Shown here piece after piece: positions 51,601-64,000 of a DNA stretch of 64,000 bases. The first letter of the stretch is position 1. Each line of letters opens with the position of its first letter. The stretch comes from Lingula anatina (taxonomy: Eukaryota; Animalia; Brachiopoda): the NCBI GenBank assembly GCA_051362555.1, contig CM120647.1, positions 19,754,651 to 19,818,650 of the forward strand, given 5' to 3'. Under the pieces are notes generated by a model. That model was not told where the DNA came from. It was given only the letters and a program-made list of their open reading frames with translations, and ran no database searches. The position numbers and the translations under genes are program-made.

Positions 51601-52966
51601 TATCCTCTGTTCAGATATTGTCCATTTACTAAAGTAAAAGGTTGACCGCCCATAAAATGTGCAACACTTACTTGATAAAATAACTTTCGTTAATTTGAAA
51701 CTTACTTGTGAAAATACCTTGACATTTTCATATCCTTGACATTTATAGAATTGCTGCATGTGGTGTCACAACTAGACCAAAAGGAGTCCTGTTCCATTTT
51801 TTATGGTCATTTGGGTCTAAATGTAACTAAAGGAGCGAAAAACCAAAAAAGAGTAAAGACTGTTGTCAGTCAGATTATATAGTAGTCTTTTTTTACTTTA
51901 AAGGGGTTTTAGTGGCCATATTAGAATATTCAGACATGTCCCTATATAACAAATTGCTTAGAATCCTGTTCTGTACAATTGAGCCAATTTTCATGCTTGT
52001 AGTTTTAAGTGCATGATGAATTCACCATACTGCTGCTGTGAGTGGCCTGTTTTTCTTATTTTTGGAGGCCATTTTGGATTTCTATACACTTAAAGAATCA
52101 AATATTGATACTTCATGCACACCATAGTCTTGTCTAACCATAAAATGTTATCTTAAGTTATTAAATGATTATATATACTTGAAGTTTTAATTTGAACGGG
52201 TATTTGTGTCGGCTATATTGGATTTGGGGGCCATATATTGAAATTTTTAGACATGCTCATACATCCAAAAGTACTTGGAATCCTGTTTTACAACTGTACC
52301 AAATGCCATGTTTGTAGTTTTTGATGAATTAACCACTCTGCTGGATATCTTGGATTAGTAGAGTGCTTTTTACTATTGGCGGCCATTTTGGATTTAATAC
52401 ACCTAAAAAAGCAAATATTGATTCTGAATTCATACTGTGGTGTTTTTTAACCTTTGTATGATATTTACGCCCTTAAAAGACTATATACTTGAAGTTTTAA
52501 TTAGAAGCCGTATTTTTGGAGGCCATCTTGGATTTGAAGGCCATTTTTAAAATTTTGGATATGCCCATACATCCAAACTTGCTCAGAATTTCATTTTCCA
52601 CAAACCTGCCAAATTTTATGCTTGTAGTTTTAAGTGCTTGATGAATTCCCCATTCAAATGGATATCTTGAATAAATGGTCTGTTTTTTTTACTTTTGGCG
52701 GCCATTTTGGATTTAATACACCTGAAGGATTCATACCATGGTGTCTTCTAACCTTTATATGATATTTTAAGTCATTAGAAGACTATGTACTTGAGGTTTT
52801 AATTTGAAAAGGTATTTTGGTGGCCATATTGGATTTGACGGCCATTTTGGAATTTTCAGACATGCCCATATATCCAAATTTGCTTAGAATTTTATTGTCC
52901 ATAAGTGTGCCAAATTTCATGCTTGTAGGTAAAAAATGCACAATTTTTCACCAATTTCCTGGACTA
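48272..52966. mobile_element. Academ-like DNA transposon (degenerate/non-autonomous) inserted in the last exon of gene B3
   Basis: Termini are TAGTCCAAGAAATTGGTG...CACCAATTTCCTGGACTA, with long imperfect TIRs and repeated (A)ATATGGCCGCC-type subrepeats. The 3-bp TSD TAA lies at 48269-48271 and 52967-52969. TAG...CTA ends with a 3-bp TSD fit Academ, but the superfamily call is an inference. Confidence 0.8.
48625..49810 (-). mobile_element. L2-clade LINE 3' fragment nested in the DNA transposon
   Basis: ORF 48847-49773 reads (FGVPQGSV)LGPLIFCIY...[10 protein letters not shown]...LKINDEKTE...[12 protein letters not shown]...[10 protein letters not shown]...[10 protein letters not shown]. The element ends in an (ATT)n tail. 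Confidence 0.92.
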
Positions 52967-55192
52967 TAAGCTTTGGCATGTAGTCTACGATGTCGTCAAA
53001 AAACTTGTCCATTGCGTCTTCATTTGGTTTCTTCAAACGTGGCTGTTCCAAAAGTTTTCTTACAGATGTATAGTCTGTGCCGTCATTCCTTTGCAAAAGG
53101 TAGTGATCGAAATCGAAATTTTCCATGATTATTGGAATTATTCTCAATTTGTTGTCCTTTAACCGATTCCTTACTCTGCCACATAGGTCATTCACGCCAT
53201 CCATATCAAGGTACTGTGAGGAGACGATCATGATGAACCGACTGCTGGCATTAATTCCAATGTTTTCTGGTCCTGAAAACGCAAAATATAGCTTAAACCC
53301 GTGAACAATAGGCACTGATTCATGCAGTAACGATAACAATATTTAACTATGTAAATTTTTAACTCACATATACAGTGTATATTGTTAGTGGTCGATGTAC
53401 TTAACTCTGTGTTTCAAACTCTCTAATTCAACCGCAATAAATAATAACTATTACAAGACAGTCTATGTTTGGATTCGAATTTCATGACTGCATAGAAAAA
53501 TTGTCAACTTATCTAATTGAGCATTTGTATCTGAGCTTATACTATATGAAGTATTTTGATTATGAACTGTCACATACGTTTTACAACTTTTCCAGTCCTT
53601 TCGTCAGGTTTATATATTTTATAACCGCGCCGTTCCAACTCTGGTATAAGGTGTCCTTTCACAAACGCTTTGTCCTCTTTTGCGGACTCATTGTACGAAA
53701 TAAAGGCATGATAGTAGAATTCTGGAAAAAAGAGGAGTTTGACACCAGAGCCACAAAGTTGTTAATATATACACTCTAGAATTAAGATAAAATCTATAAC
53801 TTTAAAGATAATGACAGGCTATTAACAGGAAGGATACTAACCATTTCCTTACAATGAACAGACTCAAAGATTAAGACGAACTTTATACAACAAACAGCAT
53901 TAAGAGTAATTCACATGAAAATAGTAGATGAGTCCATTTCTTCATTGAGAAATGTTGCGGGTTGCACATATATAACCACAATGTTTTACATATTGTATGC
54001 TTGAGGCTGTCACAACAAATTGCTGTTATAGCTGTCAATCCTTACCTTTTATTTCTAAGGTTGCTCCGAGCTCATCTGAAAGAGTTGAGGCAACAAGCAT
54101 AAATGCGTGCATGTGCATGATTTAGAATTGTAAACATGGGCCTTAAACGACATTTTTTTAAAGAAAATCCGTTATAGGTACGAAATATTTGACTATGGCG
54201 GGTGTGTCAGTTAGAGTTTCAGTCTGACATTAATTTAAGCTGTTTTGTTGAAATACAGAAAAATAAAGAAATAATCTGAAAACATCTTAGTGATTAATTT
54301 TCATTCAGTTTTAACTTCAATATCTGGACTTAACGATTTCGAATGGTAAAATTAAATAGAAGAAAACAATAAAGAACGTCTATTTTTCTCTTATGCCTTA
54401 TTAACCCAGAGCGTTGGGACAACATTTGTTACAATACAAAATGCAAGTCACGGTGGTCTTAGGGTTTACTGATAATGGAAGCTATATCTTACCTTCGGGG
54501 TCTCCTTCATTCAAAACGTCTGGAACAAATTACACAATAATAAGAATACAGAAAAGCCATATTACTATAAAATATAAACAGCCTTACAAGTTTTTTTAAA
54601 TAAATACACAGGTAGAGAATATTAAGCAATAATACTCAAACGCCAATATATATATATGTATTTCTTACGTTGAAATCAAAGAGAAGGTTGCAAATCTTGC
54701 AGTTTGCCTAAACCTCGGCGAGAGAAAATTGTAACAAACTTACTGTCACCATCAATATGTCTCGACCATGCGTTCAAATCTGCTCTTAGAATTTTGCCTT
54801 TCCGTAGTGCCCAGAAGAAAACTATTGCTGCTGAAACTATGATTACGATTCCCACAATAACACAAGGAATGATGATATTCCACGGAGGTCGCTCCCTGGG
54901 AATGGCTGCAATTAATGTAAAATAAATATAAACTAAGTTTTAAAACTGAATTCATAGGCATACACACATGATTACAATCCGTATCATTGTGATATGTGTT
55001 ATTATGTAGGATATTTTGTTGAACCTAATATTTTTCAAAGGAAAACATTTGTCACTGCAACAACATACTTACAGGTGCCAACAACATTCTGTTACTTATT
55101 AATTGTATAACATTTCACTAGCTGATACCCGTCACATCAATCATTGCACCTTGATTAGAGATTAGCCTTCAGGTGCAAAAAGAATCATCAAC

Positions 55193-55256
<64 letters not shown>

Positions 55257-57419
55257 CAAAACATTAAAGAAAAAAGAAAACGAGACTACGTGAAAATCGA
55301 AACCGTGACCAGTGGTTATCCTGCTACCAGTATCTGATTGGTGTTATTAACAATATATGACACCTACCACACATGCCGAAGCTTTCCGTAATTGCCGAAG
55401 GATAGAAAATGCCTTCAAACTATAATTTTAATAGTCATGATCAAATTAAAACTACGACCACTATCTTTCCACTCCCTTTAGGTATTGCTAACACCTGCTA
55501 GTGGTGAACAGATAGTTGTAGTTTGGAAGAAAAACGTGCTAAAGAGACTTCGGCTTGATTTAAAATTAATTTAACGCAGTGAATGGTTATTTCAACACCA
55601 CTTCCATAAGTGGTACCGTAAGGATCCTTTGTCAAAGATATCGAACGAATAGAACTTGTGTGGTGTTGCAGTTTTTGTCTCATCCATTATTTCGTTTCTT
55701 AAGTCATCAACGGTGGTTGCACGTGTGGGTCAATTTTTGAAATTATACGACAACTACAGCCGATACGACAATTAACTGTGATAAAAGTAAAACCAAAAGA
55801 AAAAAAGGGCTCTGGAAAAACACACAATGCCTACCCGTTGGGAGTGGGCCCAAATTGCTGATATCTTTATTGCACATATCACCGTCATTGCAGAAGCATT
55901 CTTTTCCCTTGATGTCAACAACAGTGAAAAACTGAAATACAGGCAGCAGTTGATGTACGTCCGAAACAGCTTTGTGACTCAGTTCCTGAAACAACGGACT
56001 CTGCGCATCATTCGACATATCCCGGCATCCTGGGGTCACCAGGAGCTCAACTGCGCAGGACCGGAAGTGAATTGTCAAGTTCACAGCTTTGTTTACCTAA
56101 AGAAAAAATGACAATTTATACAATTTGATGTTTTTTTTTCTTTTCTCTCCTAACTCCCCTCGCTAAAATTCGGTAAGTGTCTCTTCAAATATTAGTATAC
56201 CATAAATTATGCTGCAAGCACTTCTTGTAAAGAGACTGCTCTAATAAGTACTCTTAGTACATACAGTAGGCTCCTACAGGTGGTGATCAAAACACACAGT
56301 TAAAGGCCAACTCCATGGGATTTACTCGCCAAGATGGATTTTCCCGGGAAATAAGTAATTTTCTTGTACTTACGAAACATTTATCTATTCCACGCTGCAC
56401 TTGGATTCGACCTTTAATTAAATGTAATTAATAAAGGATTATTTAGTTTAAAATGTCTGGCCAGTCATTGTAACCAGCGACCCTATTCTTAAGGTCTGAT
56501 AGAATTACCAGTGTTAACATCTGGTAAGCCTACGCTCCAGAAAAAATAAAATTATCCAACGGGCTTAATCTTTCAGTAGGTGAATGTTAGGTCTTAAAAG
56601 AAGCGACGGATGGAAAAAAATAAGCATTACGGGTATTTTCAAACCCATGGAGTGAACCTTGAAAATCTGAAAATGCTTCCAAGAGAGCCGACTTCCAGTT
56701 CCTATAAGCTTTGCTTTACACAAGTCGACACAAAAGAAACATATTTACCGATTCGTATACAGTTACCATGGAAACATGGAACTGTATGCATGCTTCGCTG
56801 CAATTTCTGGTGACATTTATAGCGGTCGGGCTGTCCATGCAGCGGGGGTCAGCTTTTAAAGCTTGGTTCATAATGGCTATGGCACTGGTCTCATTACCCT
56901 CCAGATACATACAATCTACGCATTGTAGTGCTCCTTGAAAAACACGATGATAAATTAATATTTTAAATTATTAATTGAATGACAAAATCAGTATTATGCA
57001 TTATTATGCTTGTGAATAATCTAACAAATCTTACACGTGTAGGATTTAACAGTAGTGTCAGCAAAAGTATTTCTATCAGTAATAATGGAAACTCGTTTTT
57101 GTGACATTAACAGCCGTTGTTTAAACAATTTGTTTTATTCACCCAAGGTACTAATGAAATCAACACGAACACAAAAGTACGTAGCCCATCTTCTAGTAGT
57201 TAGTAAGCAGTGTATCTATTGCATGAGTGAGCATAACAAACACGACTGTGTTTCAGATAATGTACTGATAGCACACATACATGTACATGTACAAAAATAT
57301 CAAACCTGCAACTTTTCCATAAAAGAAGTTTCGTAAAGAACCCCCGTTTTTAAACAGTACTTACCAGTATTCGGAATAACACCGAAAGATAAAAAACATA
57401 AGACCTGCCAAAATTCCAT
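52917..57419 (-). CDS. Gene B3: signal peptide + Ly6/three-finger domain + TM + TIR domain, C-terminal tail replaced by transposon sequence
   Basis: Exons 57419-57365, 56933-56749, 56096-55835, 54905-54744, 54519-54493, 54075-54046, 53721-53578 and 53272-52917. The first seven exon lengths equal those of B1. The original tail (KNKADGEGLDQERIELDVEN...) is stranded at about 48183-48270. Confidence 0.85.
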
Positions 57420-57459
57420 TGCTGATTCTTAGTTCTTACACTTAGAGTGCTGTCACTAC

Positions 57460-58537
57460 AGCAGATTACTTCTTGTACATGTGTGCTCACGCATGCGCAC
57501 ATTGCATTATTGGCTTATATAAATGGAATGAGCACAGTTTAAAAAAGACTTTTCTCATTGAAACTTAATCGGGGGGTTTGCAATTGTGTAGTCAATTGAA
57601 TATAAAGGCCGTGGGGCAAAGCAGGTCCGCTTTTTCGTTGGCACCAACGTAAACAAATGTCGGTACATACAATCGTTAACGCTGTTTACGAAAGAACTAG
57701 AATGTCTGCAGGCAAAATGCATTCTCGTTTCGACAAGAGATGATTATTACTTTTTATTATGCGTGTTGCATTGGAACGTTCAGAAAATTACTATACAGTA
57801 CGACCCATGGATCATGATACCTTATACGTTCAGAGTGCTGAAAGTTTGATATCAGCTTTAATACTATTCACAGACAGACGGCTTTAACATGTAGGGTTGC
57901 TTTTCGGTTGAATTATTCTTCATATCACAAACGATAGCGACACTTTCCAGCATGCAAGATGTAAAACCGCATTATAAATATGCCTGGGGACTCTAGTGAG
58001 TTATCCAAGAGATTTTTTTATGTGAGCACTAAAGATCCTGAAATAAATCTATCCATTCAGTTTAAAAAGGCTTATTTCATTCAAATTTCTTCAGATTTCT
58101 TCCAGTACATGTGTGCTCATGCATGCGCATATTGCACTATTGGCTTATATACGAAACAAAAGAGCACGGTTTAAAAAAGACTTTTTTCATTCAAACTGAA
58201 GTGGGAGGTCTGGAGTTGTGCAATCATTGGAATAAAAAGACCATTAGGCAAAGCTGGGGCGCTTTCACGTTAGAACATATGTAAACATGTACCGGTTGGT
58301 GCAATTGTTAACAGTGTTTACCCAGGACGAAAGAACTGCAGTCGAAATGTGTTTTCTTTTCGACAAAAGTTGATTTGTTACTTTCCATCGTGCGGGTTGT
58401 ATTGAAATTCAGATCACAATTACAGTATGACCCATAGGCCATATTAGATTTTTGACGTTCAAAGCGCTGAAGGTTTAATATCAGTTTTAATTCCATTCGC
58501 AGACAGACGGAAAACAGTACGGTTTGCTTTTCGGTTG

Positions 58538-58613
<76 letters not shown>

Positions 58614-58620
58614 AATTATA

Positions 58621-58657
<37 letters not shown>

Positions 58658-58800
58658 CATCAAAACCGACAATTTCCAGTGTGCACTTTTGAAATTCAGA
58701 ACCACATTATAAATATGCCTGGAGACTCTCGCGAATTATCCAAGAAATATATTATGTAAGATCCAGATCCTGATCCTAGATGTCACATGTAAGATCCTGA
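57460..58800. repeat. Diverged tandem duplication (about 620 bp) of the gene B3 upstream region
   Basis: 57460-58060 and 58090-58810 both match the single-copy B1 upstream region at about 23210-24060 (gtacatgtgtgctca(c/t)gcatgcgca...). The second copy contains a (TA)n expansion. Confidence 0.8.
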
Positions 58801-59422
58801 GATGAATCTATCCATTCGTCTACCCGTTTATCTAATCTAATTGGTGGATCCCAGATTTTATCTATTGGTATTCAACAAAACATTTATTTAATCATGACCG
58901 TGTTTTTTATCACTTAAAATGGTACATCCATTGTTTCATCCAAATCAATTCAGCTTTAAGCTAATTCAACAACACCACAAAACGCCATGAGACGGAAAAG
59001 AGACAATTAAAACATTTACATTTGATAAGGTAAGACCAGCTACATGTACATACAGGATTGCTTCTGAAGCTTTTTTGTAAGACACTGACTGTTGGAATGC
59101 AAATAACTTAAGTAAGCTGTCGTGTGAAAAACAATTGTAACAACGGACTTATATTATACACAGAATGCTGGTACCATTCTCACACAAACACAAACACACA
59201 CACACACAAACTGAAATAGTCGGAGAATTAACGAACGTGGTTATTTCCATTCACGATACACAGTATATACAATGTATTCTCTTGTCTAGATGCTATAGGG
59301 TGTAAATGTGATGTAATAGAATGGTTAGAAAGGGGTGGGTCACACTCTTAGGCAGTAATGACCATGTACAGTGTATAACATATATATATATATATATGCT
59401 ATAATTGAAACCGATTGCCATC

Positions 59423-61895
59423 TTAATACAAACACCATAACATGCAGTACGTGGCAGCCATTAGGGTGGTTAGCAACAGTTCCAGATTGAACACGCCGCG
59501 GCTGCTTGAAGTTTGAGGCTTGTGTGTAGCAGTAACGGCACTTGAACCGGCATCTTTAATTAGCGTGGTAGACCTCGAAGAATGAGTTGTCGTGGAATGT
59601 GTGGGTTTTCTGGACTTAGCTGTGGCTGGTGAGCTTTCATAGTGCTCAGGCTTATTGGTAGAATGGGGCGTGGTCGTCTTGGTAGACACATGGTTGTCAG
59701 GTGTCACTCTTGTTGGTGTGATACTAAAGGGCGTGGTTTTTGTGGGCGTGGTCGTGGTCGTAGATGAACCAGAAACTGTTGTCATTGGTCTGGTACATCC
59801 ATCCTGGTTACATGTGCAGACCTCGGCTGATGTGGTATGACTCTGCAGGCCGAAGTCAGTTAAGGAATCTAATGTAAACAACCCAGTCATGGCTGCGTCA
59901 CTGTCTGTCAGTCTTGAACATCCGTCAGCTGATTTACTAGCAGAGCATAACCGCTCCGTTAGCTTCATAGTGACGGTCACCAATGTCTTAGTTAAAAAAG
60001 AGAATAAAGCATAAGTAATAATCCACATGAGAACAAACAAGCGTCAGTTATTTTTGTTTGCATTCTGTAGGAGAATAAAAAATAATCAATATGGACTTTG
60101 ATCGGTGACAGTACAGTTTTTCCTTTACATTACTGTATGCCATTTTATGTACTTCTGAATTTTTTTGTTATTGTACCTGTCAACATTTTCAAAAATACTA
60201 TACTACAAGTGTTTCATGCAACGGAATACAAAGCTAAACATATATTTTTCTTAAAATGCTTTAAATTTTTCGTTTGTTCGTTAGTTTTTTATTTAGTTTT
60301 TATTTTTTCTTACCACAGACATCGTCACATCGCCCACAGAGCTCAGACAGGACCCGCGGCAGCTGACAGTCTTTGTCTGAGATGGATTCGACACACACTT
60401 TTGGTCCGTTTCCCCCAGAAACCAGTTCCCAAGAAGTCCTAGGAATAATTGTACCATGAAGTCACTGGAGGTATATTCCATGTGCTCACATTTGGGGCAT
60501 TGCACTGCTGGAACTGTAAGGATATGCATATATAATGGATTAATACCAGTAAATAAATAAATGAAATAATCAAACGGATATAACTCTTCGTAAAGATCTA
60601 TGTTTCACAATAAAAACATTGTGAACAACTCACAGAAATATAGTATATTCTGTTTTACCACAAAAACGGCAGTCATAGCTATTATTCTGATATCCGAGCT
60701 TGTCTTTGACCACGGGACCTCTATTGATGGCTATACTCTGTTATAATCTATTAAGAAATACGTGAACGAAAAGATGTAAAAAAAAAAACACAAACATTAC
60801 TCCGTAAACATTACTTTAAAGTTATACTAACGGGAGAGACCTAAAATAGTATGATACAAATTCCTAAAAAATTAAGATGGTGTTAAGAAAAAAAAATAAC
60901 CCCTACCTTGTGGTAATGTCACAAGACTCGTGGTATCCACATTACATCGGTCTGAGTTACACACACACAGGCGTCCCTCCATGGCGGTCACAGTGGATAC
61001 ACTGTTCGGGAGGATGTTCTGAATGTCCTCCAGATTAGCCAAGGTCAGATTCATACACCCTTCCTCGACACTGGTCGTTGCTAAGCAACCGCGAACCCAG
61101 TCACGTGAGTTAACAGTGGAGTCGCTGTCCTGGAGAGATACATATTTTTTTCTATTTTTCATTTATTATTACTTCATTATTATTTTTTTTTTCTGAAATG
61201 ACCATTATCTATTATTATTTTGAATAATTGGAATAATACATGTACAGCACAACTCCTAGCTGCGGAGAAGAGAGAGAGGGAGAGAGCGAAACCAAAACAG
61301 ATTGAACCCACCTCGTCGGCTCTACCCCAGAAACCCACTCTACCACACCAGATACTTACCGTCTTTGTTAAAGACTGGGTGACCCTCAGATAGTAACAGG
61401 ACCCACTGCACTCTCCAAAGCTTGTCGCCGCAGAAGGGTTGTCTTCACATCGCCGGTCGTAATTCCGGTAAAGGTTTTGTGAAATGGAGTCCAAGTTGTA
61501 ACCAGGTGACTGGCAGAGAAGACACTGAATGGCTGTTCCTAGTTTCAAAAATTAATAAAGTTAAACTCCTAACAAGTCCCTTGCTCTCACGGTTCGCCAT
61601 CAAGTTTAATTTTGAAAAGGGGATTAAATAAATCCACAATAAATCCAAAACTTCTCCATGGACTCTTCAAATGTAAATACAACTTGGTTTTGCAAAACAT
61701 TCATGGAACAGTCGCACCTCTCTCTCCTCCCTCATCTTTCTATCACATATGTACTATTTATAGGCAAAACTATTAGGCCTATACATACTGGTACGTACTC
61801 CCTGTACCTATAGACTGAAAGTGCATATATACACGTAATTTACCTGACTGTACAAAAAACAGGAGGACAACCAAGCTTTGACAAATAGAAGCCAT
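59423..61895 (-). CDS. Gene C3: signal peptide + two Ly6/three-finger domains + Thr/Ser stalk + GPI-anchor-type C-terminus (405 aa)
   Basis: Exons 61895-61844, 61538-61360, 61129-60907, 60513-60314 and 59986-59423 give 1218 nt in frame, all GT-AG. It is a paralog of C1 with a longer stalk. Confidence 0.9.
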
Positions 61896-63049
61896 GTTGA
61901 GACGACTGCGCTCTCTTCAGTTAGTCGATCAACATAGAATAATACACCCTGTGTTGTTTTATTTGTCTCGTATTTGAAAACAGGAAAAACGCATGCGCAT
62001 TTTATCACTTCCAAGAAGTGCAATAACAGTGCCCTTAATACAGTGCCTCATTCAAGACGGGGTTTTCAAAAGAAGAATTGTTGACCAATTTGTTCATTAC
62101 AGTGACAAAATCGTTTTTATTTATCTCAATAAAAACGCCTGCAGTGCGATCTCTGTGATAATTAAAGCATGTAGACTACTGATGCACTTATTACAACCGC
62201 TTTTTAATCACTTTAAAAATAAGACTAGATTTTCATACAAAGATACAGTTTAGAACCGCCGATTCAAAAATTACACGGCAAAGCAGGTAAATCCAGAATA
62301 TAATGACAATAATAATAATTTATTGATCATAACAAGCTCTCTAAACTACAGTTTTACATGTACATAAGTTCGCACATAAGCTTAAATAAGTATAACTTCT
62401 TTAGATCATTATAACATCAAAATGCATATAAGCTAACTACGTGAGACATATATCTCACAATAGTTAGGCACAATCTTATAATACTGGATATAGTATTATT
62501 TGCAATATGCATTTGTTACTTTGACATAACTGACAGACTGTAGGCCCTATAAACTTGGTCACTACTGATGCACTTGCATGACACGAGAATTTGTATTATT
62601 TTGCTATCATCACCAGTGCCTGATAGTCCAGAGAATCCTGACAGGGAATATATACACCACCCAGCAAACGATAATACTGATGATAATAATAATGCACTGA
62701 GACATTATAATAACACAAAGAACTTAGGCCTACTAGAGAGCTTTCAGCTTCTTACAAAGACAGAAGAGGAGAGAAGAGAGCGATTTTTTTTAGTATAAGC
62801 CCTTTTATACCGGTACAAGTTTGGCTAGTAGGCCTACACGTTCGCCAATCAAAGTAAATTATACAATGAACCGTCCTACCTGTAAGAGAGTGGTATCACG
62901 CAACGTTACAGGAAGAGGTTCCAACTAGCACACCGGACTGTACTTTACTTACAGAGGCATCTGCCGGTAACAATACAAAACAATCTCAACTAACACAACA
63001 CAGGTACTGTATAGGTGCACTTAGAAAGCTTTTTATTCTGAGTCAGGAG

Positions 63050-64000
63050 AGATGGTACTGGCCCCATTCTTCCTTGCAATTTTCGCCATCACACCCTATC
63101 TATCTACACGGACCCTCTTTGTCATTGCATCCTCTACACAGAAATTATTGTTGTTGTCACCCTTACCCTGGTGTCCCATTACTATTGTGCTTCACGTAAC
63201 TTTACATGTACTGTATATGGCCTGTATGACGTATGTGACAGACACTTAACTTTGTCTTAGCAATGGAACAAATACACATGTTAATCAGAAATGTTTTCGT
63301 GTAGTTTTGTTTGTTGCGGTGGGTCTAAAGATCGCATTGGCATGGAGGTGGGGGACTGGAGGCCATATCTGACCTTCAGATGACCTGCTCAAAAGTTTAA
63401 AGGACCGATACAGATGGCTATATTGCATAACGTTAAATGGATTTTCTCTGAAACTTTGCCTATTTTCTCCTGAACCCCAAGGCAAAGTAAGTACCTCACA
63501 CAAAACAGTGGAGAAAATAACGATCAAATGATAAGTTTTTAAAATCACTTAAGGAAAAAAAGCGCAGCATTTTTTTGTCTCAACTTTTGACAAATTTTAC
63601 GTAAAATACAGAAATAAATAGATATTTAAAAGTATTTTTTTTAAATTTGATACCGAGGTATGAAGGTTAAATGATTATTTACTGTAATAAAAAAGATAAT
63701 AGTTATAAATGCTTTTATATCAAATTTGGTTTCACCATTTCATTACATGAGGTTTTATAAAAAATAAGCAATACAGACACTACTCTGGGATACTTTACGC
63801 ATTACAGGAAGTCAACCTCTTATTTATTTATTATTTATTTATTTATTTATTTATTTATATTTTGTAATTCTAAATTGACTCTGATTAATAATTTCACTTT
63901 ATTCTCACAAAATAGTGCTCTCCTATGTAGATAAGAATAGGAGATAAACTGATAATCATAAATATTAATAGGAATTACATGAACTGCATCATTCTAACAA
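63050..64000. repeat. Start of a fourth tandem unit (lectin-intron relic plus gene A 3' flank/UTR)
   Basis: Colinear with 40889-41850, which lies immediately downstream of gene A3. Confidence 0.85.

Overview
AT-rich, intron-containing animal DNA, probably from an invertebrate (species not determinable), carrying what looks like an innate-immune gene cluster. The left part holds a Tx1/L1 LINE fragment, two paralogous exons for an unknown amphipathic helical protein, and a head-to-head pair of ricin-B (R-type) lectin genes with His-rich N-termini and no signal peptide. From about 8.9 kb onward a three-gene minus-strand cassette is tandemly repeated. Genes A and B each encode signal peptide + one 10-Cys Ly6/uPAR (three-finger, Quiver-like) domain + transmembrane helix + cytoplasmic TIR domain. 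Gene C encodes signal peptide + two three-finger domains + Thr/Ser stalk + GPI-type tail. Unit 1 (about 8.9-33.8 kb) and unit 3 (about 40.9-63.0 kb) contain all three genes. Unit 2 (about 33.8-40.9 kb) is internally deleted, giving an in-frame C-ectodomain/A-TM-TIR chimera. A fourth unit starts at the right edge. All gene models were assembled by hand from splice signals, phase and paralog comparison, without transcript or database evidence. The main candidate novelty is the Ly6/three-finger-TM-TIR receptor family with a linked GPI-anchored partner or decoy.
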